Below, piece after piece: positions 51,705 to 61,202 of a stretch of DNA of 64,000 bases. The translations under genes were made by a program, and so were the position numbers. Positions within the stretch are counted from its first letter, which is position 1. Each line of letters begins with the position of its first letter. Under the pieces are notes generated by a model. It worked only from the letters and a program-made list of their open reading frames with translations, had not been told where the DNA came from and searched no databases. This DNA is from Promethearchaeota archaeon (GTDB lineage Archaea; Asgardarchaeota; Lokiarchaeia; Sigyniarchaeales; SOKP01). The stretch spans positions 150,036 to 214,035 of the forward strand of contig JAEOSU010000080.1 in NCBI GenBank assembly GCA_016840165.1, read 5' to 3'.

Positions 51705-51859
51705 TGCTCTGAAGAGAATATGAAAGCATATATTTAAAGCTCGAAAATTTATAAGTTATAAAAGTTGCTTATTAATTAGTTAAGGATTTAATTGATTTTT
51801 GAAAATAGGTACCAATTATAAATAAATAGGAATTAATATTAATATTTTAAAAAAAAAGA

Positions 51860-52360
51860 TTGATAATTATGAGAAATTTAAAATTAAAAGGATTGAAGTA
51901 TAGTAAGGGAAAATATGAATTATACAATAATCGATTTATTTTTTTCCCTCCACAGATTATTGATATCCTTTCCTCAATTTATGGCGAGGGTGTTAAATCT
52001 TTATTAGTTTGGCTTGGTAAAAAGGCAGGCTGGGCATTGATTCAAAATTGGGATGAGAATCTAAAGTCTAAAACATTAAATGATATAGTAAATCATTTTT
52101 GTAGCATTATAAGCAATCATGGTTGGGGTAAATTTGTTCCGAAGCAGATATCTGAAGACTTAGTTATAATTGAAGTATATCATAATGTCTCTACTGAATT
52201 AGAGGGAAAGTCTAAGAATATTTGTTATTTCTTAACTGGTCTTTTAACAGGTTTTGGAGAGTACGCACTCTATAGAGTGAACATTTCAGAATCTAATTGT
52301 AGTATAAGTAATCCTAATTTAGAATCTTGTGAATTTAAGATTGAAAAAGTAAAACCGTAA
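51860..52360 (+). CDS. V4R domain protein (Bet3/TRAPP-related fold)
   Basis: LGKKAG, GWG, C.F..G...G, E..C......C.F. Confidence 0.85.
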   Translation: MIIMRNLKLKGLKYSKGKYELYNNRFIFFPPQIIDILSSIYGEGVKSLLVWLGKKAGWALIQNWDENLKSKTLNDIVNHFCSIISNHGWGKFVPKQISEDLVIIEVYHNVSTELEGKSKNICYFLTGLLTGFGEYALYRVNISESNCSISNPNLESCEFKIEKVKP

Positions 52361-52366
52361 TTAATA

Positions 52367-52756
52367 TCACCAAGGATCCCACTCTTCGGGATTTAATTTC
52401 TCATCGGAAATTTTTTTTTCTAACATATTTGAAGATTCCGACTCTGTTGAATACAAATCTGCTTTAAAATCTTCTTGTTCCTTGGTATTTTCTTGTATAT
52501 TTGTATCAATTAAAGTTTGTTCTGATAAAAATGAATCTTCTCCAATTACCACATCTTTAAAAGCAGATATCAAGGATAAGAAGTTAAAAAACTCCTCTTT
52601 ATTCATTTCACTCATAAGTGAATTATCTTCCTTAAATAAAGTCAGCTTAATCGCCCTAACTTCACCACTAATTTCAACAGATGTTAATTCAATACTCTCA
52701 TTTTTTCTTTTTAATTGTATTTTCCATGAAGTTTCTCTAGTTTTTTCAATTTCCAT
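52367..52756 (-). CDS. Hypothetical protein with acidic tail ending EEWDPW
   Basis: 129-aa ORF. Confidence 0.65.
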   Translation of the reverse strand: MEIEKTRETSWKIQLKRKNESIELTSVEISGEVRAIKLTLFKEDNSLMSEMNKEEFFNFLSLISAFKDVVIGEDSFLSEQTLIDTNIQENTKEQEDFKADLYSTESESSNMLEKKISDEKLNPEEWDPW

Positions 52757-52956
52757 TATTAATAAATCCCATTAAGATAATTCTGAAGTCATTAATGTAA
52801 TAAAAATTAACAAATATAAAATTTTATTTCTTGGGGTAAGTTCTATGGGTTAAGGAGCTTGCATTAATAATAAATCTCGCTCAAAAATGAATAAATAAGA
52901 AGAAAAAAGGCTTATTTAATAAAGAGAATTATATAAACTATCATTCTACTTGAAGT

Positions 52957-53643
52957 TCATACTACAAACAAAAAGTAATAGCTTACAATTATTAATATAA
53001 TAAGAGGAGGTCTAGATTGAGTTAAAACCTCTAAGGCCTTAGTTTTAAAATTAAAATATAACTTATTGTTTTTTATTATAAATTTATTTTTGTTTAATGA
53101 ATCCAGATGTGAATAAATTCTAAATCTACAAAATGAAGTAAAATAAATCCGCTTAGACTTCGAATTAATACCATTTGTCATGAAAAATTGAATAAATGAT
53201 AACTTTTTGTTAAAGAAATTATTATAAATTAAATTTTTCCATATAAAGAGTGATTGGAATATTAAAAAATATATCATATACTTGAAAATTAGTGAAAAAC
53301 TAAAAATCTTAATAGGAATCATAAGGAATAAAATTATAATTAATTTACCGTCTGCACCTCCAATAATTTTGAGATTATATAAGAAGAAAGCAATTGAAAA
53401 AGTTAAAACAACAATAACTGCTTTAATAGTTAAAAAAAATGCGATAATATACGAATTAAATATTAATTCAATGGCATTAACAGCTAAAATGATTAAAAAT
53501 GTATATTTGAAAAAAGAAATTGGGATCCTCCGATATTTTATATCAAAATATAAACTATAGAACATAATGGAATTATTAATAATGAACATAAAACCGTAAA
53601 ATAAATAATTGGCCATTCTTCTTTTATTTCTCCCAGATTTCAA
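52957..53643 (-). CDS. Prepilin peptidase (A24 family); start may be MANYLF
   Basis: D(IKY)RRIP and GGADGK catalytic aspartates; multi-TM. Confidence 0.9.
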   Translation of the reverse strand: MKSGRNKRRMANYLFYGFMFIINNSIMFYSLYFDIKYRRIPISFFKYTFLIILAVNAIELIFNSYIIAFFLTIKAVIVVLTFSIAFFLYNLKIIGGADGKLIIILFLMIPIKIFSFSLIFKYMIYFLIFQSLFIWKNLIYNNFFNKKLSFIQFFMTNGINSKSKRIYFTSFCRFRIYSHLDSLNKNKFIIKNNKLYFNFKTKALEVLTQSRPPLIILIIVSYYFLFVV

Positions 53644-53911
53644 TAAAATGTTTCAAACTTTTTGCTTTTATATTTTCAATTTTAAATCTAAATATTTTAA
53701 TTCTTCCAAAATTCTTTTCTTGTACAATATTCATTGATTTCAAGAAATCCAAATGCTTCCTAACACATGAATGATTTAAATTTGTGCTTTTGATAATTTG
53801 CGATATTGAGAGTTCAAGATCTAAAGCCAATATCTTTAAAATTTTTATCCTTGCTTTTGATCCAAAGCATTTTTCAAATTTAAAACAATCTTCTCTATTA
53901 TTTATGCTCAA
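53624..53911 (-). CDS. ArsR-like winged HTH protein
   Basis: FGSKARIKIL; LNH..V.KHL..L; FGRIKI. Confidence 0.85.
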   Translation of the reverse strand: MSINNREDCFKFEKCFGSKARIKILKILALDLELSISQIIKSTNLNHSCVRKHLDFLKSMNIVQEKNFGRIKIFRFKIENIKAKSLKHFIEIWEK

Positions 53912-55113
53912 AGGTTAATCCCTTTGCTTTTTAACGTTGTATTTATTATACTTTCGAAATTTACTAAAGGAATATCTTGGATTTCAATAAATGCTTTTCT
54001 ACCCTTTATAGCCTCACTTTTAATATTCAATGAAATGATATCTTCTTTTTCAAATTCATTTAAATAATTCCATAATTGTGAATATGATCTGGGATTCAAT
54101 CCTAAATTTTCGCATAATATCTTATAAAGATTCAATATTTCGGAAATTGAAATTTCAGAATTTTCAGATTTCTTTAAATTTTTAATTATACTTAATAAAA
54201 AAATTAATTTCTGAATCGATAGATATTTTATAGCATCCTGAGTTGAAAATGACATTAAATCTTGATTTCCAAACCTTATACATTCAGAATTAAGGTATTT
54301 TAAATTTCTACTTTCAGCATATTTACTTGCTTTCCATAATAAATTTAAACCATATCGAATATCTCCCACTTTAAAAACTATTTTAGCGATCATTTCAAGA
54401 ATTTCATCAGAGTATGCATTTTCTTTTATGCTAATCCCTGCTCGATATTTCATAATATCAAATATCTGTTTTTTTGTGTAGTTTTCAAACTTTAAAATAT
54501 TTCTTTGAAGAGTACTCATAGTACTGACATCTAGATTGTTAATACAAGAGATATCTCTTACGATTCCTATAATAGATATCCGTTGTTTTGCGTTCAGCAT
54601 ATCATCATTGATCCTAGTTAAAGAATAAATTAAATCACCTCCATTTTGGATAAGATAGCTCAATTCATCTAGTACAATTAAAAGATGTAGATCATGAGTG
54701 TTGAGATATTCAGTAAGAACTTCTAAAAGATCTTGAGGAGAATATCCTCTTTTAGGAAAAGATTTATTCAATGAATGGATTATTTTAATTAATACTTTAT
54801 AATTTGTTCGTTCTTTTCTACAGTTTATATGTACATAATCTATTTGAATCTCTCTTTTATTTGAGGCCTTAACTAACATTTTTCCGAAAAGCTTAACTGT
54901 AGCTGTTTTCCCTATACCTGTTTTCCCTGTGATTAATACTTTCCTTGATATTGAATTTGGATAAGTAATAAGAGATAAGAATAATTGGGATAAGATAGTG
55001 AGTTCTTTCTCTCTGTGGGGTAAATTATCAGGAATAAAATTAATGTCTAATGTTTTTTCATCAATGAAAAGAGAGGGTTTTTTTAATAAATTTTCAAAAT
55101 AATCTGTACTCAT
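53908..55113 (-). CDS. cdc6: Cdc6/Orc1 replication initiator
   Basis: LPHRE, GKTGIGKT, HINC, VLDE, GDIR, C-terminal WH with GR. Confidence 0.95.
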   Translation of the reverse strand: MSTDYFENLLKKPSLFIDEKTLDINFIPDNLPHREKELTILSQLFLSLITYPNSISRKVLITGKTGIGKTATVKLFGKMLVKASNKREIQIDYVHINCRKERTNYKVLIKIIHSLNKSFPKRGYSPQDLLEVLTEYLNTHDLHLLIVLDELSYLIQNGGDLIYSLTRINDDMLNAKQRISIIGIVRDISCINNLDVSTMSTLQRNILKFENYTKKQIFDIMKYRAGISIKENAYSDEILEMIAKIVFKVGDIRYGLNLLWKASKYAESRNLKYLNSECIRFGNQDLMSFSTQDAIKYLSIQKLIFLLSIIKNLKKSENSEISISEILNLYKILCENLGLNPRSYSQLWNYLNEFEKEDIISLNIKSEAIKGRKAFIEIQDIPLVNFESIINTTLKSKGINL

Positions 55114-55377
55114 TGAAAATTACCGATAAACTTAATATTAGAATTAAGATACTTATTGTTTTTAATAGAATACAGAGTAAGAAATTTTTATTATTATAAA
55201 AAAATGGTTTAAGTTAAAAAAACCCGTAAATCTTTTAAATATTCATATTAAAATATCTCTAAAAAAGCCCTAAAGCATTGTTGCCCAAGAAAAATATCAT
55301 TTAATGAATTTGTCGGACATACTAATGGAGAAGAATAATTCAAGGATGCTATTTAAATTATTAAAAATAAATTTCTC

Positions 55378-56586
55378 TCAAAATCTGAAACATATTTCAT
55401 TAATTCTTTTAAATTTTGGTTTTTTCTTTCTGGACATGTAAAGATAGTTTATTATTATTATCATACTGAAAATACTACAAATTATAACTAAAACAAGTGA
55501 AACAAAAGAATTATTGTTATTCAGTGTAACTGTTGATATTTCAAAATCTAAGACTAGATTTTTATTCTTTAATAAGAAACTACCATTATAAATTAAATCT
55601 ATGTAAAAATTATAATGAAGCTGGGTAATCTCATAAAAAGGTGAGGAAATGTTTAATTTTAGTATTCCAAACTTGTCAGTTTGAGAAAAAATATTATAAG
55701 ATATACTAAAATTATCATAAATTAGCACTTTTATAGTTTGATTTATTAGGGGTACAATAGAGTCATTGAGATAATAAAAAAAGAGTTCTAATTCAACATT
55801 TTCATTCCATCCCAATTCTCTTTCATACTTTATAATATCAATATATACAGGTATTTTTTCTACTAAAATTTCAAAATTGAAAATACTTTGATTGTATATA
55901 ACTCCATTTGTAATATTAAAGATAATATAATTAATTCCAATAAGCATATCATCAGTCGATGAAAGATTTAAAGAGATAATTCCTTGATAATTTGAGGTAT
56001 AGTTGCTTTCATATATTTTTAGATTATTTGAAAATATGTATAACATAATTTCTTGACCAGATAAACTAGTATTAGTATCTTCATGATAAAAGCGGGCGGA
56101 AAATGCTAAATTTTTGCCTAGGATTATAGTATCTCTAAAATTAGCTAATTGACAGTGAATATTTCTTTTAATGATAGTAATATCCAAAGTATCTAGAACT
56201 TCTGATAAAAGTATTCCCCCATTAATTCGATTATACATGATTGCTTTTATTGCAATAATATTAGAATAATTACTAATATTTAGGTTGAGATTTTCTATTT
56301 TTATGGTCCAATTTAGTTCGAAAAATCCTTTATCTTTATACGTTGACGAGTTCCATATCGATTTATCAGAGTCATCAAAAATTCTAATTTGAAAGTAAGG
56401 ATCATCTCCCTCCACATAATCCATCTCCCATGAAGCTTCGATTTCTATTGACTCATCGGCATAATATAATTCTTTATTGGTTCTAAAGTAAATTAATTCA
56501 TAAGTCAAAGCTAAAGTAGATTGTTCAATCAATAATATTGATAGAAATAGATAAATTAGGATCAATATTGTTTTTTTTTGTTTCAC
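55378..56586 (-). CDS. Secreted beta-rich surface protein with C-terminal TM anchor
   Basis: Signal peptide; Ig-like 'T...G.....L' repeats; many NxS/T sequons; TM + basic tail. Confidence 0.75.
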   Translation of the reverse strand: MKQKKTILILIYLFLSILLIEQSTLALTYELIYFRTNKELYYADESIEIEASWEMDYVEGDDPYFQIRIFDDSDKSIWNSSTYKDKGFFELNWTIKIENLNLNISNYSNIIAIKAIMYNRINGGILLSEVLDTLDITIIKRNIHCQLANFRDTIILGKNLAFSARFYHEDTNTSLSGQEIMLYIFSNNLKIYESNYTSNYQGIISLNLSSTDDMLIGINYIIFNITNGVIYNQSIFNFEILVEKIPVYIDIIKYERELGWNENVELELFFYYLNDSIVPLINQTIKVLIYDNFSISYNIFSQTDKFGILKLNISSPFYEITQLHYNFYIDLIYNGSFLLKNKNLVLDFEISTVTLNNNNSFVSLVLVIICSIFSMIIIINYLYMSRKKKPKFKRINEICFRF

Positions 56587-56689
56587 ATCATAATTTTTAA
56601 ATTATTTATAAAAACTCATAGATTTCCAAAAAATTTTAATCCATAAAAAATTATTATTCAAAAAGATTGCCGAAATTATTGAATAAAAA

Positions 56690-56884
56690 ATGGGAAAAGT
56701 AAGGCCAATTTTGATTAAAAATGTTTCAAAAGAATTAATTAGTAAATATCCAGATGTTTTCACAACAGATTTTGAGGAAAATAAGAAATTATTAGACAAA
56801 TACCTTGAGATTGATTCAAAACATTTAAGGAATAGAATATCCGGTTATATTGTTAATTTGTTAAAAATAAAAAATAAGGATTAA
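56690..56884 (+). CDS. rps17e: 30S ribosomal protein S17e
   Basis: MGKVRP, DFEENK, SKHLRNRISGY. Confidence 0.97.
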   Translation: MGKVRPILIKNVSKELISKYPDVFTTDFEENKKLLDKYLEIDSKHLRNRISGYIVNLLKIKNKD

Positions 56885-56940
56885 AAATTCAATAAAATCC
56901 AAGTTATAATATCAATTAAGATTAAAACTACTAATTTTTA

Positions 56941-57333
56941 GTGATTAATATTAAGGAAGATGTTAAAAAAATGGCAAATCTTCTAAAATCAGGTTATACA
57001 ATGCTAAATCTAGCATGTCCTGTTTGTAATAACCCGGTATTTAGAAATAAAAATGGAGATACTTTTTGTCCAATCTGTAATAGGAAAGTCTTACTCATTA
57101 ATCATGAGTTATCTGATGATGAAGATAAGAATCATATACCAATAATTCAAAATAAAGAAAGTAACAGAGAAGTAAATAATATTACTATTTATCAGGATTT
57201 GAAGCGTGTCGCGATTATGAAAGTAAAAAATTTCACTAATTTATTAGAAAATGAGAAAGATATTGATATTGTTGATAAATTAACTCGTTCTTTAATCCAA
57301 TTGATTACTTTAATTAACCAAATCAGGGAATAA
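56941..57333 (+). CDS. UPF0148 / SSSCA1-like Zn-ribbon protein
   Basis: MANLLKSGYTML..CPVC.NP....FCPIC. Confidence 0.88.
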   Translation: MINIKEDVKKMANLLKSGYTMLNLACPVCNNPVFRNKNGDTFCPICNRKVLLINHELSDDEDKNHIPIIQNKESNREVNNITIYQDLKRVAIMKVKNFTNLLENEKDIDIVDKLTRSLIQLITLINQIRE

Positions 57334-57433
57334 TATTAAATTGCAGATAATTTAGTATAATCTCTCTTGTTTTATTTACCTTGTATAATATCTTTCAAAT
57401 CTTTTTTATTATATGATTCCTGAATAAGATTAG

Positions 57434-57538
57434 TGCTTCTGCCGGGATTTGAACCCGGGTCGCGAGGGTGAGAGCCTCAAATGCTTGACCTTCTCTTATA
57501 AGCAAAGAGTTAAATTGGCCGGACTACACTACAGAAGC
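57434..57538 (-). tRNA. tRNA-Glu(CTC) with 30-nt BHB intron at D-loop position 21/22 (57485-57514)
   Basis: GCTTCTG/CAGAAGC; TGAGG-CTCTCAC-CCTCG; BHB helix GGCC/GGTC with bulges AAT and AAG. Confidence 0.95.
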
Positions 57539-57735
57539 ATTAGTGCACTTTTAAATAAATACTATAAAATTTAATCTTAATTAAAAAATCTCGTTTCTAA
57601 TTTAAAATAAAAGGCAACTATGAATAATTAAAATCGCTTAATAATTTAAATTTAATTAATCATATGCTTAAGATTGTAGGTATATAGACCCCTTCTTATT
57701 TTTAAAAAGAAAACTAATAAAAGTAAAATTGAAAT

Positions 57736-58752
57736 TTATTTAGAAATAAATAGCGGTTTCAATAAATTCACATAATGATCTCTGATTGAATATTCCGCAA
57801 TCTGAGTTGCTTCAGAAATTAGAGATTGAGTTAAAACTGATTTTTGATTATATTCTTGAGCAATTAGCTTATTGGCGAGATATATTATTGCCCCTGTTAA
57901 TATAAATGGATTACGACCTCCACGATGCCAAGCAGTAAGTTCTTTCAATACGTATCTGCATTTCTTAGAAAGTTCATTATGATATTCTTGTTTGGTCCAA
58001 TTCACTCCCTTTTTTATTAATCTGTTTTCTAAATCCTTATGATTAATTACTTCATTGAGTAATCGAATAATATAATCCTCACTTTTATGGGGTGTTGAAC
58101 TTCTACCTAAATGTTTCTTATATCTTATTCCATCTCTTAAGATAAGTCTAGGATTTACTCTATGCCCAAAATTTTGAAATGCTTTCGAAATTTCATTTAT
58201 TGTAATTGGAGCGTTATGAAATTCTTTCCTTGCGGCATAAAAGATACAAAAAGCAATCAATGAAATATTATTAATGACCTTACCTTCCTTTCGAAGTATC
58301 TTTTTATAAACATATGCGGCATTTTTTCTTATATTCCGGTTTAAATTTAAAAAGGTGGATATTTTATTTAGAATGTTAAAAACTCTATATTCAGTCTCAT
58401 GGTCCTTAATCCTCAGGAATTGAGCATAATTTTTCTTTAATCTTCCATATAATTTTTGTTCATTTGGAGATAATAGTTTACCTGATTTATCTTTAAGATA
58501 TTTTGTGTTTTCATAATCAATAAATGTACCTAATCCGCCAATAAAATCAGTTCTTTCTCCAAGAGAAACATATTGCTTACTCAAATTACCTTTTATATGA
58601 TATTTATTAAAGATATATGATGATTCTTTAAAATGGTTTTCATGAACCAAACCACAGTCTTTACAAATCAATTCGAAGCTAGTTTCTACGATATTTCCTC
58701 CACATTCTGGACATTTTTTTAATAAACCTTTAACTGATATGTCTTGTACCAT
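57736..58752 (-). CDS. tfb: Divergent TFB paralog
   Basis: CPECG..CKDCG; cyclin repeats; GRNP; IAEYSIRDHY. Confidence 0.85.
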   Translation of the reverse strand: MVQDISVKGLLKKCPECGGNIVETSFELICKDCGLVHENHFKESSYIFNKYHIKGNLSKQYVSLGERTDFIGGLGTFIDYENTKYLKDKSGKLLSPNEQKLYGRLKKNYAQFLRIKDHETEYRVFNILNKISTFLNLNRNIRKNAAYVYKKILRKEGKVINNISLIAFCIFYAARKEFHNAPITINEISKAFQNFGHRVNPRLILRDGIRYKKHLGRSSTPHKSEDYIIRLLNEVINHKDLENRLIKKGVNWTKQEYHNELSKKCRYVLKELTAWHRGGRNPFILTGAIIYLANKLIAQEYNQKSVLTQSLISEATQIAEYSIRDHYVNLLKPLFISK

Positions 58753-58954
58753 CTTATTTCATTTATTAAATAATTCTTATAATTAGATGTAGCAATTTGA
58801 CATTTATCTCGATTTTATGTAATTTTCATCTTAAACAAAAGCAAATCTTTACTCTTCAGATGATTTTGTATATATAGGCTAAGAGAGAGAGATAATTATA
58901 AGTAAAAATATTGGAATTTAAATGATTTTTTGACTATTAACATAAGACATTGAA

Positions 58955-59191
58955 ATGACTCAAATTTTAAGAAAATCTAAAGAGATTGAAGATTATTACC
59001 ATCGACATTTAGAAAAATTGCGGGAAATTCAAACCGAACTAAAAAAATTAATTAGAAATAAACGCCAAATCACTTATTCTGATATTATTAATTATCTTAT
59101 TAAACAAGATTATAAAGGAGAGATTTATACTCAGATTATACTTTGGTGTAATTATAAAATCCGCAAGGGGAACTTTTTTATTGAATTTTAA
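58955..59191 (+). CDS. Hypothetical protein
   Basis: 78-aa ORF. Confidence 0.5.
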   Translation: MTQILRKSKEIEDYYHRHLEKLREIQTELKKLIRNKRQITYSDIINYLIKQDYKGEIYTQIILWCNYKIRKGNFFIEF

Positions 59192-59443
59192 ATGATTTGT
59201 GTTTAATAATTCGAGCGCTACAATCTGATATATTTCGAAGTAGCAAAATTTGGATTTTTGTTATCTATCGTATGCGAATAAATAAAAATTAAAAAATTAT
59301 TATAAATATGTAATTATAATAATAGGTATAGTATAATTAAAATTAAGTTTAACATATTTTCGCAATAAAAAAAATAATCCACTTATATTATTGATAAATC
59401 TGATTAATCACTCTATTAACAATAAATCAAGAGAGAGTTATAA

Positions 59444-60124
59444 ATGGTAAGATGGACAGCAGATCATAATATATATATAAAAATTCTCTACTGGGGAATG
59501 GGGGGTTCTGGTAAAACAACAATTGTTGATACCTTATACAGATTAACTAAAGAGCAAAAGAAAGATATCGCGCCAAAAGGAAATTTGACTAAAATTTCAA
59601 TGGCTAGTGGTTCAACTCTTTATTTTGACCGGGGAATCTTTCAATCTACTAAGCAAAACAAGGTCTATTATCATGTTTATACGGTTGCTGGACAAAGTAG
59701 ATTCTCGCCTTTAAGAAAAAAGATTTTTAAAGGAACTGATGGCGTAATCTTTGTAGTCGACTCCCAAACACATTTTTTTGAAGATAATATTGAATCATTA
59801 AAAGAATTAAAAAATATAACTCGTGGCAAATTAATTAAAGAAATTCCAATGATCACAATGCTTAATAAACAAGATCTCAATGAGATTATAGGAGAAGAGG
59901 ATTTTAAACAAGTATTAAAAGAAGAAAAATTATGGTTTGAACCAGATCATGAATTATATATTTGGAATCCCATAATCTATAAAACTTGTGCTTTATGGGA
60001 TAAACATAAAGAAGTTTACAGGAGTTTTAGTGAGTGTGCAAGAAGAACAGGTTTATATCAAATATATGGGGATGGAAAAGCACCTGGGGGAGATACTTTT
60101 AGAAAAGATCCCCCCGAATTCTAA
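59444..60124 (+). CDS. MglA-like small GTPase
   Basis: YWGMGGSGKTT, TLYFD, TVAGQ, DGVIFVVDS, NKQD. Confidence 0.92.
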   Translation: MVRWTADHNIYIKILYWGMGGSGKTTIVDTLYRLTKEQKKDIAPKGNLTKISMASGSTLYFDRGIFQSTKQNKVYYHVYTVAGQSRFSPLRKKIFKGTDGVIFVVDSQTHFFEDNIESLKELKNITRGKLIKEIPMITMLNKQDLNEIIGEEDFKQVLKEEKLWFEPDHELYIWNPIIYKTCALWDKHKEVYRSFSECARRTGLYQIYGDGKAPGGDTFRKDPPEF

Positions 60125-60195
60125 TAAATTTGACTTAATTTAAATATTGTTTTATTCATGCATATCACACTAGATCAAAAAAAATAAATTATGGA

Positions 60196-60307
60196 ATAAT
60201 TTGATGATAAAAGGAATTCCCTGAGGTTGTAAAAATCAATGAAATCAAAATTAACAATGACCTAATTTAAATTAGGGATGAAATCTTATAGTTACATTGA
60301 TGATTAT
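60196..60307 (+). ncRNA. Box C/D-like sRNA with three putative guides; last guide antisense to 23S helix 69 loop
   Basis: ATAAT-TTGATGA-guide-CTGA-hairpin-ATGAAATC-guide-ATGA-16-bp palindrome-ATGAAATC-TTATAGTTACA-TTGA-tg-ATTAT. Confidence 0.65.
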
Positions 60308-60415
60308 ATAAACCTGCTCAACTCTCGAAACATTTTGTATCAAATTAATAATTTATTTATATTTTAATAAATTTAATAACAATATTCTTAACACTATAAA
60401 TGATGAAGATTTAAA

Positions 60416-60598
60416 TTGGGATTATACAATAATATTAAAGAAGATCTTCCCGAACAATTTTCTATATTTCAGATGATGGATGTTCTGGGGATAAACGCTT
60501 CAGAAGTGAGAAAAGTAAGAAATTTGCTGAAACAATTCAGTATTCAAGGATATATCACAAGAATTTCAAAAAATATGTATAAAAAATTAGAAAATTAA
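60416..60598 (+). CDS. Small winged-helix protein
   Basis: KVRNLLKQF...GYI.R. Confidence 0.6.
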   Translation: MGLYNNIKEDLPEQFSIFQMMDVLGINASEVRKVRNLLKQFSIQGYITRISKNMYKKLEN

Positions 60599-60601
60599 AG
60601 G

Positions 60602-61195
60602 TTAATTAGTTAAACTCATATTGATTGTTAGTTGGGGAAATATAAAACTAATTAACTTATTAAAAGCATCTAAAATTCCTTGACCTCTTAATGCTATGGT
60701 TTTATTTATTGAAATATATCTAAATCTATTTAAATCTATTAATCGAAGAAATTGATTGTCATTTAATCTCAAATCATTAACTAAGTCGTGCTTGTTAAAT
60801 GAAATAATAATCGGAATCTCTTGGATCTGATTCCCAAACATCGATTTTAATTCATTCCATGATCTTAGATTATGTTGCAGATATGATTGTCTTGAATCAA
60901 CAACAAATATTAAACCATCTACTCCATTCAAAGTCGCAGGACGAGTGCTAGCATAAAAATCTTGACCTGTTGCAGAATAGATCAAGAATTTTAAACTCCA
61001 ATCTGCTCCTTTAAAATTTAGAACTCCAAAATCAAAAAAAAGTGTTCGGCCAACGGAACTATCAATTGATTTTAACTTCTCGCCCTTATTAAAATAGGAA
61101 AATAGATACTTTATGGATGTAGTTTTTCCTGACATAGCAGGCCCATAATAAACCAATTTTACTTGTAATATTTTGTTTTTATAATCAAATATCAT
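60602..61195 (-). CDS. MglA-like small GTPase
   Basis: YYGPAMSGKTT, GRTLFFD, ATGQ, NKHD. Confidence 0.92.
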   Translation of the reverse strand: MIFDYKNKILQVKLVYYGPAMSGKTTSIKYLFSYFNKGEKLKSIDSSVGRTLFFDFGVLNFKGADWSLKFLIYSATGQDFYASTRPATLNGVDGLIFVVDSRQSYLQHNLRSWNELKSMFGNQIQEIPIIISFNKHDLVNDLRLNDNQFLRLIDLNRFRYISINKTIALRGQGILDAFNKLISFIFPQLTINMSLTN

Positions 61196-61202
61196 ATATT
61201 AT

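Noticed and set aside
55114-55377. Replication origin upstream of canonical cdc6
   Set aside because: No repeated ORB (TCCA...GAAA + G-string) motifs visible
59210-59245. GCGCTACAAT-CTGA resembling a guide plus D box
   Set aside because: Sequence is in the same sense as the 16S motif rather than antisense; no C box
60255-60282. ATGA-stem-GA considered as a Loki-type SECIS
   Set aside because: Helix too short, no in-frame UGA selenoprotein upstream; better explained as a C'/D' motif
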